Source of the DNA: Candidatus Collierbacteria bacterium GW2011_GWA2_42_17 | GTDB taxonomy: Bacteria; Patescibacteriota; Microgenomatia; UBA1400; MFAQ01 | NCBI GenBank assembly: GCA_000998275.1 | Contig: LCDA01000002.1 | Location: 46,708-110,707 of the forward strand | Length of the DNA stretch: 64,000 nucleotides | Reading direction: 5' to 3' | In this document: piece by piece, positions 9,932 through 19,528 of the stretch | Position numbering within the stretch: position 1 is the stretch's first letter | Layout of the letters: every line of letters begins with the position of its first letter | The notes under the pieces: model-generated | The model's database searches: none | Told to the model about the DNA's origin: nothing | Seen by the model: the letters and a program-made list of their open reading frames with translations, nothing else | Position numbers and translations under genes: made by a program

Positions 9932-11473
9932 TCATCCTCCGAAAATCTTTTCCGCTGCCCCAATTATTCCCTTATCCTCAACCGTGTCGTTATTTACCGG
10001 CTCTACATTTACATCCTGCAGTTCAGGTTCTGTCCTGGATGGTCCTTTTTCTCCGAGAACACACCTGAAAGTCATCGGCCCCCAGATCTTGGTCATCTGT
10101 TCTTCAATCAGTTTCTTTTTGACATCCCGCTCCAACATATCTTGCTGAAATCGTGAGGTAACCGACAGTGTTAAAGATTTTCCCTTAACATCTACTGGTG
10201 ACACTAGTCGTAACATTCCGGCCAATGATCCATAACTGGCAGACATCACGTTTATAAAGTCCATCCATTCCATTTTAATTTTTTCAATATTGGCCAACGG
10301 ACCATCATAATTCTGCACAACTAGATTGTCCTTATTTTCCGGATCTTCCCCGCGTATGGCACTTTCTGCACTTACAGATTTTATTTCATCCTTCTTTTCT
10401 TCTTGCCGGGCAGGCGCCTCAACTTTTGGGATACTCACCCCTCCACCGCTGTCATCAATTGCTAAAGTTAGCAAGGCAATTTCCAAAGGCAACAGCGGTA
10501 ATGGCGATACTTTTATTTTGTCGGTAGCCTCAATTAACTCGTCGACCAGCTTCAGCTCGGCCTCAATTGCCGTACCTCTTTCCAAATTATCTTCCAGCAT
10601 AAGTTTTACTTCCGTCAGTAGCGACGTTGCCAACACTTGAGCCTTTATTCCCGCCTTCTCCATCTCCCCAAATATCCTCACAACCTTAGAGGACTCCCTA
10701 TTTTTGGCAGCTTCCAGTAGTTTCTTTATCGACTGCCGCCCAACAATTCCCAAGACCTGTAAAACCAAAACCGAGTCGATCGTCTTTCCATATGCCGCCA
10801 CCTGTTCCAAAAATTTATGCCCTTCGCGGAAACTGCCATCCGTTGCTTCAGCAATCTCCTGCAGTGCTTCTTCGTCGATGTCAAGAGCCTCTCCCTTGAC
10901 TGCTTTCATGAGCGATCCCACGATTTCTTTGTTGGTAGCCTTCGTAAAACTCACTCTGGCGCAGCGACTTATGATCGTCTCCGGCACTTTCTGAGCTTCT
11001 GTCGTACAAAGAATAAAGATTGCGTGCTTGGGAGGCTCCTCAAGAGTCTTTAAAAGAGCATTAAATCCCGCCGTTGACACCATGTGCACTTCATCGATAA
11101 TGTAAACCTTTTTAGGCAGCTGCACGGGGGCCAAACGCACCTTTTCGCGTAGGTCTCGGATATCATCCACCAAACCACTGGAGGCGGCGTCGATTTCAAT
11201 TACATCCACACTGTTACCGGCGATCAAACTTTCACAAGCTTGACACTTACCGCATGGCTCTTCAAGGCCGTCTTTCTTACCCTGATTTTTCTCACAATTT
11301 ACTACTTGAGCAAGGATCCTAGCCGCACTGGTTTTTCCCGACCCCCGAGGACCCACAAACAAGTATGCGTGGGATATCTTGCCGCTCTTTAAACTCGACT
11401 CCAAAGACTCCCTCACAGACACCAGGTCCAACTCACCGATTTTCTTTGGTCGATATTTTTGATAAAAACTCAC
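9932..11473 (-). CDS. dnaX: DNA polymerase III subunit gamma/tau
   Basis: Walker A (GPRGSGKTS), a zinc module (CGKCQAC), and an AAA+ clamp-loader fold. 513 aa. Confidence 0.92.
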   Translation of the reverse strand: MSFYQKYRPKKIGELDLVSVRESLESSLKSGKISHAYLFVGPRGSGKTSAARILAQVVNCEKNQGKKDGLEEPCGKCQACESLIAGNSVDVIEIDAASSGLVDDIRDLREKVRLAPVQLPKKVYIIDEVHMVSTAGFNALLKTLEEPPKHAIFILCTTEAQKVPETIISRCARVSFTKATNKEIVGSLMKAVKGEALDIDEEALQEIAEATDGSFREGHKFLEQVAAYGKTIDSVLVLQVLGIVGRQSIKKLLEAAKNRESSKVVRIFGEMEKAGIKAQVLATSLLTEVKLMLEDNLERGTAIEAELKLVDELIEATDKIKVSPLPLLPLEIALLTLAIDDSGGGVSIPKVEAPARQEEKKDEIKSVSAESAIRGEDPENKDNLVVQNYDGPLANIEKIKMEWMDFINVMSASYGSLAGMLRLVSPVDVKGKSLTLSVTSRFQQDMLERDVKKKLIEEQMTKIWGPMTFRCVLGEKGPSRTEPELQDVNVEPVNNDTVEDKGIIGAAEKIFGG

Positions 11474-11660
11474 ATTAACACCTTATGTTGTCCCCCTCAC
11501 TCGTGTCAACTACTAATAACCCTATCACAACCACTCAGTTTTTCCTTACACTATATCAATTTCCTTTTTCAGACACTCTCTTGAAAATCGTTAAAACTTA
11601 CTCAATATGAAAAATTAGTTCACTCTCATCGCCTCAAACCTCATTTTTTACAAAAAATAC

Positions 11661-11680
11661 CCGGGTAATCCCGGGTAATC
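11661..11680. repeat. Perfect tandem direct repeat cccgggtaat x2 in the dnaX upstream intergenic region
   Basis: Seen directly as cccgggtaatcccgggtaatc. Each unit contains the palindrome cccggg. Confidence 0.9.
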
Positions 11681-11684
11681 TTCA

Positions 11685-12059
11685 TTATTTTCCACTGTGA
11701 ATGTTTATCAAATACCAGTCACCTTCGTAATTAGTGATAAGGATTTCTTTGTCATCCTTAATCTCGATATCCAAAATTCCCTTCCAATCCGATACGGATA
11801 CCAGTAAGTCATCCGTACCCTCAACAACAAAAACCAGATACTCTTTTCGATGGTCCTTCTCACCCCTTATCTCCAGACGAACTGGACTCAGAAGACTTTG
11901 GTTGAGTTTTTGATCGAATACTGTACTTAAACCACCGTCTTTCGCCAGTTTATATTTAAAATCAAACAGGCGACCGGAGAGTAACTCGGTTAACTTTTTA
12001 ATCGGCGTTGACATCTCGTTCAAACGCAAGATAACCATCTTGTATCTATTAATCGCCAT
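11685..12059 (-). CDS. Hypothetical protein (124 aa)
   Basis: ORF with protein-like composition. No family match. Confidence 0.4.
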   Translation of the reverse strand: MAINRYKMVILRLNEMSTPIKKLTELLSGRLFDFKYKLAKDGGLSTVFDQKLNQSLLSPVRLEIRGEKDHRKEYLVFVVEGTDDLLVSVSDWKGILDIEIKDDKEILITNYEGDWYLINIHSGK

Positions 12060-12080
12060 TCTTTTCCTCCCGATTCCGTC

Positions 12081-12422
12081 TCAGTTAATCAAAATGACTT
12101 TAACCAGTGTGTCTTTCGCCGACAATTTACGCGAGATGACTATCTGTCGGTCAGACTCAAAAACAACCACCGGACTTTCTTTAATGTCAAAGCAAAGGCT
12201 CCGATACGGATACATAGGGATCTTCACCAGGCTACCGATAACGACCACCGGCCCACAACGAACTCTCACCTTTTCCAAAACAGTTACGTTTCTGTTAAAC
12301 ACCGAATGACAGTTAACAACATCGAAGGCTTTTCCTCTTAGCATTTCAACGATGCGGTCTGCCACCCTCTTTCCGTCTTCAACACTCGATATCGTGATTT
12401 TCTCAGACATCTCCACCTCCAT
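12081..12422 (-). CDS. Hypothetical protein (113 aa) with weak resemblance to the SepF C-terminal domain
   Basis: The pattern ITISSVEDGKRVADRIVEMLRGKAFDVVN loosely resembles the SepF core. Not verifiable without a profile search. Confidence 0.3.
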   Translation of the reverse strand: MEVEMSEKITISSVEDGKRVADRIVEMLRGKAFDVVNCHSVFNRNVTVLEKVRVRCGPVVVIGSLVKIPMYPYRSLCFDIKESPVVVFESDRQIVISRKLSAKDTLVKVILIN

Positions 12423-12482
12423 GGAAAATAATATATTAAGGATCTGAATCGCCCATAGTATATCACAATCCTGAACCTAACT

Positions 12483-12872
12483 CTAATCGTGGTGAATACC
12501 CAAAAGGTGGAGAAGGCCGTGGCAAGCCAAAAACTCGATTTCTTCATCGACAACTCTGTTCCACTGAATGGCCTGTCTTTTCGCCTGAGGATAACAAATA
12601 ACAATGTCGCCCAAATTTAGACCATCAAAGTCATCAGGCATCTCCACTCCCTCTTCCAAAGGGAAAGACAGTACATCGGTCACTTTGTCTTCATGAAAGT
12701 ACTTCTTCTCCAACTCCCTTATTTTCCTCTCCCCTACTACAGACAAAGAAATCTTCACCGCCCCCTTGGTAATCTCCTGCTCCTCCAATGTCTTAAGCAG
12801 GGCATTTTTTATCCTCTTCCTATCAAATGGATATCTACTGTCGGCTGCAATGTCTAAATCAAGTTTTACCAT
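12483..12872 (-). CDS. ybeY: Endoribonuclease YbeY (rRNA maturation factor)
   Basis: His-triad metal site HGLLHLLGIHHD (consensus HxxxHxxGxxH). 129 aa. Confidence 0.88.
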   Translation of the reverse strand: MVKLDLDIAADSRYPFDRKRIKNALLKTLEEQEITKGAVKISLSVVGERKIRELEKKYFHEDKVTDVLSFPLEEGVEMPDDFDGLNLGDIVICYPQAKRQAIQWNRVVDEEIEFLACHGLLHLLGIHHD

Positions 12873-12951
12873 ATCCTTATATTCTATATCAAGCTCAACT
12901 CAAACCACAAAAAACCGGTGTCGCTTAAACACCGGTAACAAGCTTCCTCGC

Positions 12952-13176
12952 CTATCTTAACTTAAAATACTCGAATAGCGCCTGGGCTCTGTCTGCCTCA
13001 TACAAAGCCGATTGTTTATTGCACACCGGGCAGGCAAAATATGGAACCTTATCCGGCAGTATGTCTTTAATGATCAGGTCTGCCGGTCTTTCTATTCGCA
13101 GAACTGAGCCGCAATAAAGACAGGTAACGTCCAAGGGGAATATGGAGTCCCCTCTCCTCAACACAATTATGGCCAT
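12952..13176 (-). CDS. Small zinc-ribbon protein (74 aa)
   Basis: Two Cys pairs (CLYCGS ... CPVCNK) suggest a Zn ribbon. No family match. Confidence 0.4.
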   Translation of the reverse strand: MAIIVLRRGDSIFPLDVTCLYCGSVLRIERPADLIIKDILPDKVPYFACPVCNKQSALYEADRAQALFEYFKLR

Positions 13177-13216
13177 ACAACCTCCTTTTGAAACGAACTA
13201 AGATACCGGAATTCTA

Positions 13217-13648
13217 CTACGAAAACTTGAGACTAACAATCTTGTTAATGACTGCCCCGTCCGCCTTTCCTTTGAGTTTTCCCATAACGGCTCCCATCAA
13301 ACGACCTCCGGTAAGCCCGGTTTCTGCTGCAATTTTGGCTACCTCAACTTCTACTTCAGCCTCCCCCATCATGGTTGGTAAATATTTCTCAATCAGCGCT
13401 AGCTCATATTTCTCTTGATCCGCGCGAACAGTTTCACCCACTTTTTCGTATATCTCGATTGAATCTTTGCGCTTCTTGGCTTCTTTATTCAAAACACGCA
13501 CTACCTCCTCGTCCGGAAGTTCTCCCTCTTTATAATCAGCCTGGGCATAGCCCAGTTCAGATAAAAGCAATCGCAAAACTCCCAACAAACGAGCATCCCC
13601 CGCCTTTTGGGCAGTTATCGACTCAGACTTTAGCTGTGAGTAAAGCAT
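13217..13648 (-). CDS. GatB/YqeY domain protein
   Basis: 143 aa with the YqeY-type pattern (LKSESITAQKAGD..LLSEL...EKYLP) and a position next to rpsU, as in many bacteria. Confidence 0.7.
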   Translation of the reverse strand: MLYSQLKSESITAQKAGDARLLGVLRLLLSELGYAQADYKEGELPDEEVVRVLNKEAKKRKDSIEIYEKVGETVRADQEKYELALIEKYLPTMMGEAEVEVEVAKIAAETGLTGGRLMGAVMGKLKGKADGAVINKIVSLKFS

Positions 13649-13656
13649 TGTATAAA

Positions 13657-13893
13657 TTATTTTGTTAACCCGGCTGCGCGTTTGTTTCGACGACGAATTC
13701 TGGCTGAAGCCTTACGAAGTTCGATCATCTTAATGTTACGCACAGTTGAAGGTTTTTGGAAACCGGTCATTCCCACAGACTTTACTCTTTCGAGTCCAGA
13801 GTCCTCATATGTCAATTTTTTAAATTCACTAATGAGTTGTTGTGTAGTTTGTCCTTGTTTTTTTCTTGCAACGAGTGCCATAAATAAATGCAC
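13657..13893 (-). CDS. rpsU: 30S ribosomal protein S21; the start is probably the internal Met (MALVARKK)
   Basis: Basic S21-like sequence ending ASARIRRRNKRAAG, next to the yqeY-like gene. Confidence 0.75.
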   Translation of the reverse strand: MHLFMALVARKKQGQTTQQLISEFKKLTYEDSGLERVKSVGMTGFQKPSTVRNIKMIELRKASARIRRRNKRAAGLTK

Positions 13894-13932
13894 CTCTCTT
13901 TCTGTTTTTTTGTTTTACGTTTTTATTGTCGC

Positions 13933-14313
13933 CTATGTCTCTCCACCAGGTTCGGTTTTTGTCCCGCCCATGACATGGATATGCTCATGCTCAAAATGGT
14001 TGTACCCGGCTCCGTTATTTACCAGTTTATATCCGGTTTTATCTAAGCCAAGCAAAGCAACCACCTCAAAAACGACTGGCATTATTTTACCCCAGAACAT
14101 ACCACTTTGGCTAGTGGCAACATCAGCCTTTTTTACGTGGTCCTTCGGCATTATCAAGACATGCACGGGCGCGATCGGATACTTATTTTTAATGGCAATA
14201 AACTCCCCACTTTCCCAGACAACTTCTGCCGGAGCCTCTTTCGCCCCTATTTGACAAAATAAACAGTCTTTATCTTTCATAATTTCATCATAAACTATAT
14301 TCCAAAACTTCAA
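13933..14313 (-). CDS. HIT-family (histidine triad) nucleotide hydrolase
   Basis: HIT motif HEHIHVMGG and an N-terminal CLFCQI pattern. Confidence 0.8.
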   Translation of the reverse strand: MKFWNIVYDEIMKDKDCLFCQIGAKEAPAEVVWESGEFIAIKNKYPIAPVHVLIMPKDHVKKADVATSQSGMFWGKIMPVVFEVVALLGLDKTGYKLVNNGAGYNHFEHEHIHVMGGTKTEPGGET

Positions 14314-14350
14314 AACCTAAAGAGAAAAGGGGTGTCTTTTTTTAAACAGA

Positions 14351-15433
14351 TTATTTTACAAACAGCTTGATTACATCCTTCACGGTAATCAAAACCATCA
14401 ATCCCAAAAGAAAAATCATTCCTCCTGTATTCACATACCCCTCAATCATATTTTTTTTCTTTTTACCGATTATCTTTTCTACTCCCAAGAAAGCCACCCT
14501 GCCTCCGTCTAAGGCCGGAAAAGGCATTACATTCAGAATAGCAAGGTTGATGGAAAGTATTCCCATAAACTGTAACACAGCTACCCAACCCACTCTATAA
14601 ACTTCTTTACTCACCTGATAAATTCCTACGGGACCGGAAACATCCTTGGGTAGTCCTTTGCCGGTAATCAAATTAACTACAATCATTTTCAGGTTACCGG
14701 CAATTTCTTTCCCCCACCCCCACGCTTCTGAAAGCCCTACCACCACTCCTCTAAAAGGCATCTGCCAAAGCGGATACTTTTTCATCTCCACACTCGACAA
14801 AGCCACTCCCAGAGCTCCCTGTCCTTCCGGAGGACTCACTCGAGGAGTTATCTTCACGGTTTTTTCTACTCCACTTTTATCCTCCAAAACAATTTCCACT
14901 TCTTTTCCCTTCAAACTATCGATTTGTTTTACAAATTCATCAATCCCCACAAACGACACCTCCTTTTTTCCAGAAACAATTTTCTTCACCAGACTGTCTA
15001 CCTCAACTCCAGCAATCGCGGCCGGAGAGTCTTTAGCCACCTCCACAATGATAACCTTGTCGGTTTTTGTGGGAATTCCTAAATATGAATAGACAATACC
15101 AAAAACAACAACTCCTAAAATAAAATTCATCATCACTCCGGACAACAACACAGCCGCCCTTTGCCACATCGGTTTGTTAAAAAACGCCTCCGGAGAAGTA
15201 GCTTGTTCTGGATTTTCCATATCCTCGCCATAAAGTTTCACAAAACCTCCCAAAGGCAACCAGTTCAGACTAAACAATATCCCTCTATGTTTAAACAAAC
15301 TTTTGGCCCTTGGAGGCAATCCTATACCAAACTCCTCTACTCTCATCTTAAAAAGACGTGCCATCAAAAAGTGACCCATCTCATGAATCAAGATTAAAAC
15401 CGACAACATTAATATAAAAACGATAAGTTGCAT
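14351..15433 (-). CDS. rseP: RIP zinc metalloprotease RseP (site-2 protease, M50 family, with PDZ)
   Basis: HEMGHFLMAR zinc motif at the N-terminus, several TM helices, a central PDZ domain and a C-terminal LDGG motif. 360 aa. Confidence 0.88.
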   Translation of the reverse strand: MQLIVFILMLSVLILIHEMGHFLMARLFKMRVEEFGIGLPPRAKSLFKHRGILFSLNWLPLGGFVKLYGEDMENPEQATSPEAFFNKPMWQRAAVLLSGVMMNFILGVVVFGIVYSYLGIPTKTDKVIIVEVAKDSPAAIAGVEVDSLVKKIVSGKKEVSFVGIDEFVKQIDSLKGKEVEIVLEDKSGVEKTVKITPRVSPPEGQGALGVALSSVEMKKYPLWQMPFRGVVVGLSEAWGWGKEIAGNLKMIVVNLITGKGLPKDVSGPVGIYQVSKEVYRVGWVAVLQFMGILSINLAILNVMPFPALDGGRVAFLGVEKIIGKKKKNMIEGYVNTGGMIFLLGLMVLITVKDVIKLFVK

Positions 15434-15442
15434 TAGTCCATT

Positions 15443-16006
15443 CTACACCGCCATTACCTCCTCTTCCTTCACCCTACTCATCTCCTCTACCTTTTCGTTT
15501 AACTCTCCCGTTATCTTATCCAACTGTTCGAGAAGCATATAAATGTCGTCTTCCGATACTTCCTTTTTCTCCTTAAGCGCGTCAATTTTTTCTTTAACAT
15601 CCTGTCTGGCCTGCCTTAACATTACTTTTCCAGACTCGGTTTTTTGTTTGAGAAGTTTCACAAAATCCAGCCTGCGTTCCTGTGTCAGTGATGGAATCAC
15701 GATGCGAATAATGTCTCCGGCCACCGCAGGCGAAAGTTTCATTTCGCTTTCGGCAATCGCCTTTTCGATATCTCTCATCAGACTTTTATCAAAAGGACTA
15801 ACAATAAGCATGTTGGGGTCTGGTGCCGATATCGTAGCTACCTCCACTAAACGCATTCTTCCTCCGTAAGCCATCACTCCGAGGTTCTCAATTAGACTGG
15901 GTTTGGCTCTACCCACACGAATGGTGTCGAAATCTTCTTCAACATTCTCGATAACCTTGGCAAACTTCTGACGCAAAAGAGCAATTAACTCGTGTTCTAT
16001 AACCAT
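15443..16006 (-). CDS. frr: Ribosome recycling factor
   Basis: 187 aa with the canonical RRF sequence (IRVGRAKPSLIENL...RDIEKAI). Confidence 0.92.
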   Translation of the reverse strand: MVIEHELIALLRQKFAKVIENVEEDFDTIRVGRAKPSLIENLGVMAYGGRMRLVEVATISAPDPNMLIVSPFDKSLMRDIEKAIAESEMKLSPAVAGDIIRIVIPSLTQERRLDFVKLLKQKTESGKVMLRQARQDVKEKIDALKEKKEVSEDDIYMLLEQLDKITGELNEKVEEMSRVKEEEVMAV

Positions 16007-16032
16007 ATCTCAATCTTACCAGAAATATTTAT

Positions 16033-16533
16033 TTACTCCGGAATCCGAACTCTTCCTAAGCTCATCTTAAAATACTCCGCCATAAAGGCACTCGGCAAGC
16101 CGATAGCTCTGGCTTTAAAACTTTGTTCGCAGAAAGCTCTTCCATCCTCCGTTGTTTGACTCGGAATATTGATCCAGATGTGCTTTAAATATTTGTCATA
16201 ATACCTTTGGGGTAAATCGCTAGGTCTTTTTTCTGTTTTGACGGTAAACTCTTCACCCGTATACTCATCACGGTGACCCATCTCTGATTTCACACTTACA
16301 CTAAAATTTTTTCCAACCTTAGAAACTAATAAATCCACATCACAGTTGGCGTCCCAACTAACCTCCGGCAGCTCCACCTCAAAACCTGCTGTTGAAAATA
16401 ACAGAGCCGCAGATATCATTCCTCTCAAACCGGCAAATAAACAGTAGTCATCTCCGTTCATCACCTCTTTATGCTTCAGAGACGCAAACACTTCACTCAT
16501 CGCCAAAAAATACTCCGGTGCCTTATCATCCAA
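16033..16533 (-). CDS. Hypothetical protein (166 aa), in the slot normally occupied by pyrH
   Basis: ORF between tsf and frr. No UMP-kinase motifs and no family match. Confidence 0.45.
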   Translation of the reverse strand: MDDKAPEYFLAMSEVFASLKHKEVMNGDDYCLFAGLRGMISAALLFSTAGFEVELPEVSWDANCDVDLLVSKVGKNFSVSVKSEMGHRDEYTGEEFTVKTEKRPSDLPQRYYDKYLKHIWINIPSQTTEDGRAFCEQSFKARAIGLPSAFMAEYFKMSLGRVRIPE

Positions 16534-16873
16534 AAAACTTCCCGTCTCTAAAACGAGACATTACCTCTTTCAACGCCGCCTGTTGGATCATTACCGACTG
16601 TTTCTTGTACTCTTGCCCACTTTTTCTACTTTTATCTTTAAAAAGCTCCATCATGCTCGAACAAACTCCCATCAGTTTTTTATCACTCCCACTTATCTCC
16701 ATTTTCCCCTCAAGTTCAGAAGATTTTTTCCATACATCATAAGGAGAACAAATACTTTCTTTGGTTAACTCTGATCGCCATTTTTTAAGCTCAACTAAAA
16801 AAGCATCTTCTTTAGGTGCCGCCTCGGTTTTCTTAACCAAATTAATATCTTTGAGTTCAATCGAATCAACCAT
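16526..16873 (-). CDS. Hypothetical protein (115 aa), overlapping the next gene by 8 nt
   Basis: Translationally coupled with 16033..16533. No family match. Confidence 0.4.
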   Translation of the reverse strand: MVDSIELKDINLVKKTEAAPKEDAFLVELKKWRSELTKESICSPYDVWKKSSELEGKMEISGSDKKLMGVCSSMMELFKDKSRKSGQEYKKQSVMIQQAALKEVMSRFRDGKFFG

Positions 16874-16962
16874 ATTAAAACTCTAACACACAAACACTCA
16901 CGTTCCAACAACGAGAATTTGGTGAACAAATCAAATTATCCTCTTTCAGCAAGCACCCTCTC

Positions 16963-17415
16963 TTACTCCATGCCAAGCTTGAATCTGGCGAAGCGCACTA
17001 CCCGAATGTTTTCTCCCGTTTTACCAATAAGTTCTTTTACCATTTGGTCTACGGTCTTTGATCCGTCACGGATGTAAGGCTGAGACAATAGTTCTTCGAC
17101 ATCTTTAGGATTCATTGAAACCACCTGTAAAGTAATCTCTTTACATAGATGTTCAAACTCTGAAGTACTGGAAACAAAATCGGTCTCGCAAGCTATCTCC
17201 ACCATTGCTCCAACAAGTCCACCGGCATGAGTATAGGTGTAAACTTTTCCGCTATTTACCTCACGTTCAGACTTCTGTTCCGCTTTAGCTAAACCTTTGG
17301 CGCGAATAATCTCCACAGCCTTCTCCACATCTCCCTTGGCCTCTTCAATGGCTTTTTTAGCGTCCATTACTCCGGCTCCGGTTTTTTCTCTTAGCTCTTT
17401 AATTTGATCCATCAT
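16963..17415 (-). CDS. tsf: Elongation factor Ts (short form, 150 aa)
   Basis: UBA-like N-terminus (IKELREKTGAGVMDAKKAIEEA), a dimerisation core (HAGGLVGAMVEIACETDFV), and a position immediately downstream of rpsB. Confidence 0.88.
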   Translation of the reverse strand: MMDQIKELREKTGAGVMDAKKAIEEAKGDVEKAVEIIRAKGLAKAEQKSEREVNSGKVYTYTHAGGLVGAMVEIACETDFVSSTSEFEHLCKEITLQVVSMNPKDVEELLSQPYIRDGSKTVDQMVKELIGKTGENIRVVRFARFKLGME

Positions 17416-18289
17416 TTGCTTTAGGTGCGGCTGCTAAATCTTTACGTTCCTTGAGACCTACTTCCAAAGCCTTTCCGAAAGCGGCAATGACAATCTCCAA
17501 AGCTTTAGCAGAGTCGTCGTTCATAGGCACAACGTAGTCGACCATGTCGGGGTTAGCATTGGAATCGACCAAGCCGATAACCAAAGCACCACGATTGTTG
17601 GCTTCTTTAACGGCGAGTTTCTCTTTGTGTGTATCGATGGCCACAATTACTTCAGGAGCATCTTTGAGGGTAGCAATACCCCCCACAACTCTTTCCAGTC
17701 GGGCAATCTCTTTGTCAAACAAAACCTGTTCTCTCTTGGTGAATTTCTTGAGCTGACCCTGATCTCGTCTGAGTTTGAGGGAGTTCAGTCTTTCCAGTGT
17801 CAACTTGACTTGTTTCCAGTTGGTGATCAAACCACCCATCCAGCGTTGGGTAATAAATGGCACTTCAATCCTCTTGGCTTCTGTCTCGAGCATCTGTTTG
17901 GCCTGTCTTTTGGTACCAACCAAAACAATTCTTTTTCCTTCCAAGGCCGCTTTTGTCAGAGCCTTGCAAGCGTCCTCAAGTCCGGAAACTGTTTTTTCAA
18001 GATCAAAAATATGAATTCCGTTCTTTGCACCCCAAAGATATTTCTTCATTTTGGGATTCCACTTTTTGACCACATGACCAAAATGGGCACCTGCTTCAAA
18101 AAGTTCTTCGATTGTCGATGACGCAACCTTCTTAGGTTCCTTAACCTCAACCTTTTCCACTACCTTCTTAGCAACAGCCTTCTTGGTAGCAGTTTCCTTC
18201 TCTACAATGACTTCCTTCTTAACAACCTTCTTGACTTCTTTTTTGGGTGTAGCCTTCACCACTTTTGTTTCAGCTTTTTTAGTAGCCAT
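17399..18289 (-). CDS. rpsB: 30S ribosomal protein S2 with a Lys-rich N-terminal extension of about 55 aa
   Basis: S2 core (ELFEAGAHFGH..KWNPKM...IVLVGTKRQA) preceded by a K/V/E-rich low-complexity extension. Confidence 0.9.
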   Translation of the reverse strand: MATKKAETKVVKATPKKEVKKVVKKEVIVEKETATKKAVAKKVVEKVEVKEPKKVASSTIEELFEAGAHFGHVVKKWNPKMKKYLWGAKNGIHIFDLEKTVSGLEDACKALTKAALEGKRIVLVGTKRQAKQMLETEAKRIEVPFITQRWMGGLITNWKQVKLTLERLNSLKLRRDQGQLKKFTKREQVLFDKEIARLERVVGGIATLKDAPEVIVAIDTHKEKLAVKEANNRGALVIGLVDSNANPDMVDYVVPMNDDSAKALEIVIAAFGKALEVGLKERKDLAAAPKANDGSN

Positions 18290-18444
18290 ATTTTTTTATC
18301 TCTTTTATATTCCGAAACTGGTTAGAGATTCGTCATCGGAACAAATTTATAATTAACCTGCCTATTTTACCACAACCACACTCAAAATATCCTTTTATGG
18401 TATTATATGTCTCAAAGTTCGTTTAAATTCAAAAGGAGGCACCT

Positions 18445-18948
18445 ATGTTTTGGCTTGTTTGGCTACCGCTCGGTATCGTCGCTTTTCTCCTCATTGGACC
18501 CAAATTAAACAAAGAGTTAGGGTTTTGGATCGCAGACCAGGGAGGAACATTGCTTTGGGTTTTTGTTGTAGTGGCTGTGGTGTTCATTGGTTCAATAATT
18601 AACTCTTCTTTTGTCCCGCTTGCAAAAACAGTCTATCCGGATCTTAAAAACCCCATATATCTAACCCCAATACCCGGAAATCAAGATAATAAGTACCTCA
18701 TCTCTACCGAAGACTTAATACATGGCGAAAAATACACCCTCTACTTCTTAAACAGTGAAACCGGCATTCCGGAACAAATAACTTTCGACCATTCCCGGGT
18801 TCGAATTGTCTACGATAATCCTCCCCGACCCTTTTCTGCCAAAATTTTGTACACCTGCAAAGCCAAGCGTTTCTGGCTGTTGAACTGTACAAACCCTTCT
18901 CCGTACCTCTACGAGTTGCACCTTCCAACCGACCCAATCTTAAAATGA
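18445..18948 (+). CDS. Hypothetical membrane protein (167 aa, 2 N-terminal TM helices)
   Basis: A strong RBS (aaaaggagg) 8 nt upstream, hydrophobic N-terminus, and a terminator downstream. Confidence 0.5.
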   Translation: MFWLVWLPLGIVAFLLIGPKLNKELGFWIADQGGTLLWVFVVVAVVFIGSIINSSFVPLAKTVYPDLKNPIYLTPIPGNQDNKYLISTEDLIHGEKYTLYFLNSETGIPEQITFDHSRVRIVYDNPPRPFSAKILYTCKAKRFWLLNCTNPSPYLYELHLPTDPILK

Positions 18949-18956
18949 ACTCTCAC

Positions 18957-18994
18957 CCGCCTAACCACGGCGGGTTTTTATTGGTCAAATACTA
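18957..18994 (+). terminator. Rho-independent terminator (cccgcc-taaccac-ggcggg + T5); copy 1 of a 36-nt repeat
   Basis: GC hairpin plus a T-tract seen directly after the 18445..18948 gene. Identical to the copy at 19529..19565 except for one A. Confidence 0.8.
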
Positions 18995-19098
18995 AAACAG
19001 CACTACGGTTGTTGGCTTCTTCCTGCTTTAATTGACATCTCGTTACTATCGGATATAATCCTCCATATAAAGTTCTTTAACTCTTAAAGGAGGAACCC

Positions 19099-19521
19099 TT
19101 GGAAAACCGTGTCTTCGTCTCCAATCGTTATAAGTTCTTTCCCGATCTGCACACAAAGCTAAAACAGCAGCGATGTGATCTCGCCAACAAAGACGATATC
19201 CGCCTGGAATATAACCAGTATCACAACCTCTACCCCGAAAAGTACGCCCTTCTCGGACCGCCCATTGTCATCCAACACAAAAACATCTTCGGCAAAACTG
19301 TCACCTCTCATCCCAAATCGAGAGTCCTCTGTGGAGTAGAAACAAAATTCAAAAACGACTACAGCGACCTCATCGTTCATGTCAAGCTTTCGGTTTACGG
19401 TCAAAAAAATCTCGAGGCTGTCACTCTGATCGCCCAGGAGATTTATGCTCCTTTGTTGCCATCAACTGCCATCCACGTCATCGTCGACCTCGACTACGAA
19501 ATCTGGGAGTATCTTCTCTAG
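19099..19521 (+). CDS. Hypothetical protein (140 aa)
   Basis: RBS aaaggagga upstream. The gene is flanked by two copies of the same terminator. No family match. Confidence 0.5.
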   Translation: MENRVFVSNRYKFFPDLHTKLKQQRCDLANKDDIRLEYNQYHNLYPEKYALLGPPIVIQHKNIFGKTVTSHPKSRVLCGVETKFKNDYSDLIVHVKLSVYGQKNLEAVTLIAQEIYAPLLPSTAIHVIVDLDYEIWEYLL

Positions 19522-19528
19522 TTTGCCC

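Noticed and set aside
11474-11684. Looked for an SRP (4.5S/ffs) RNA immediately upstream of dnaX, where it often resides
   Set aside because: Neither strand shows the conserved domain-IV motifs (GGAA tetraloop context, AGCAGCC-like strand). Only a cccgggtaat x2 direct repeat and promoter-like AT-rich sequence were seen.
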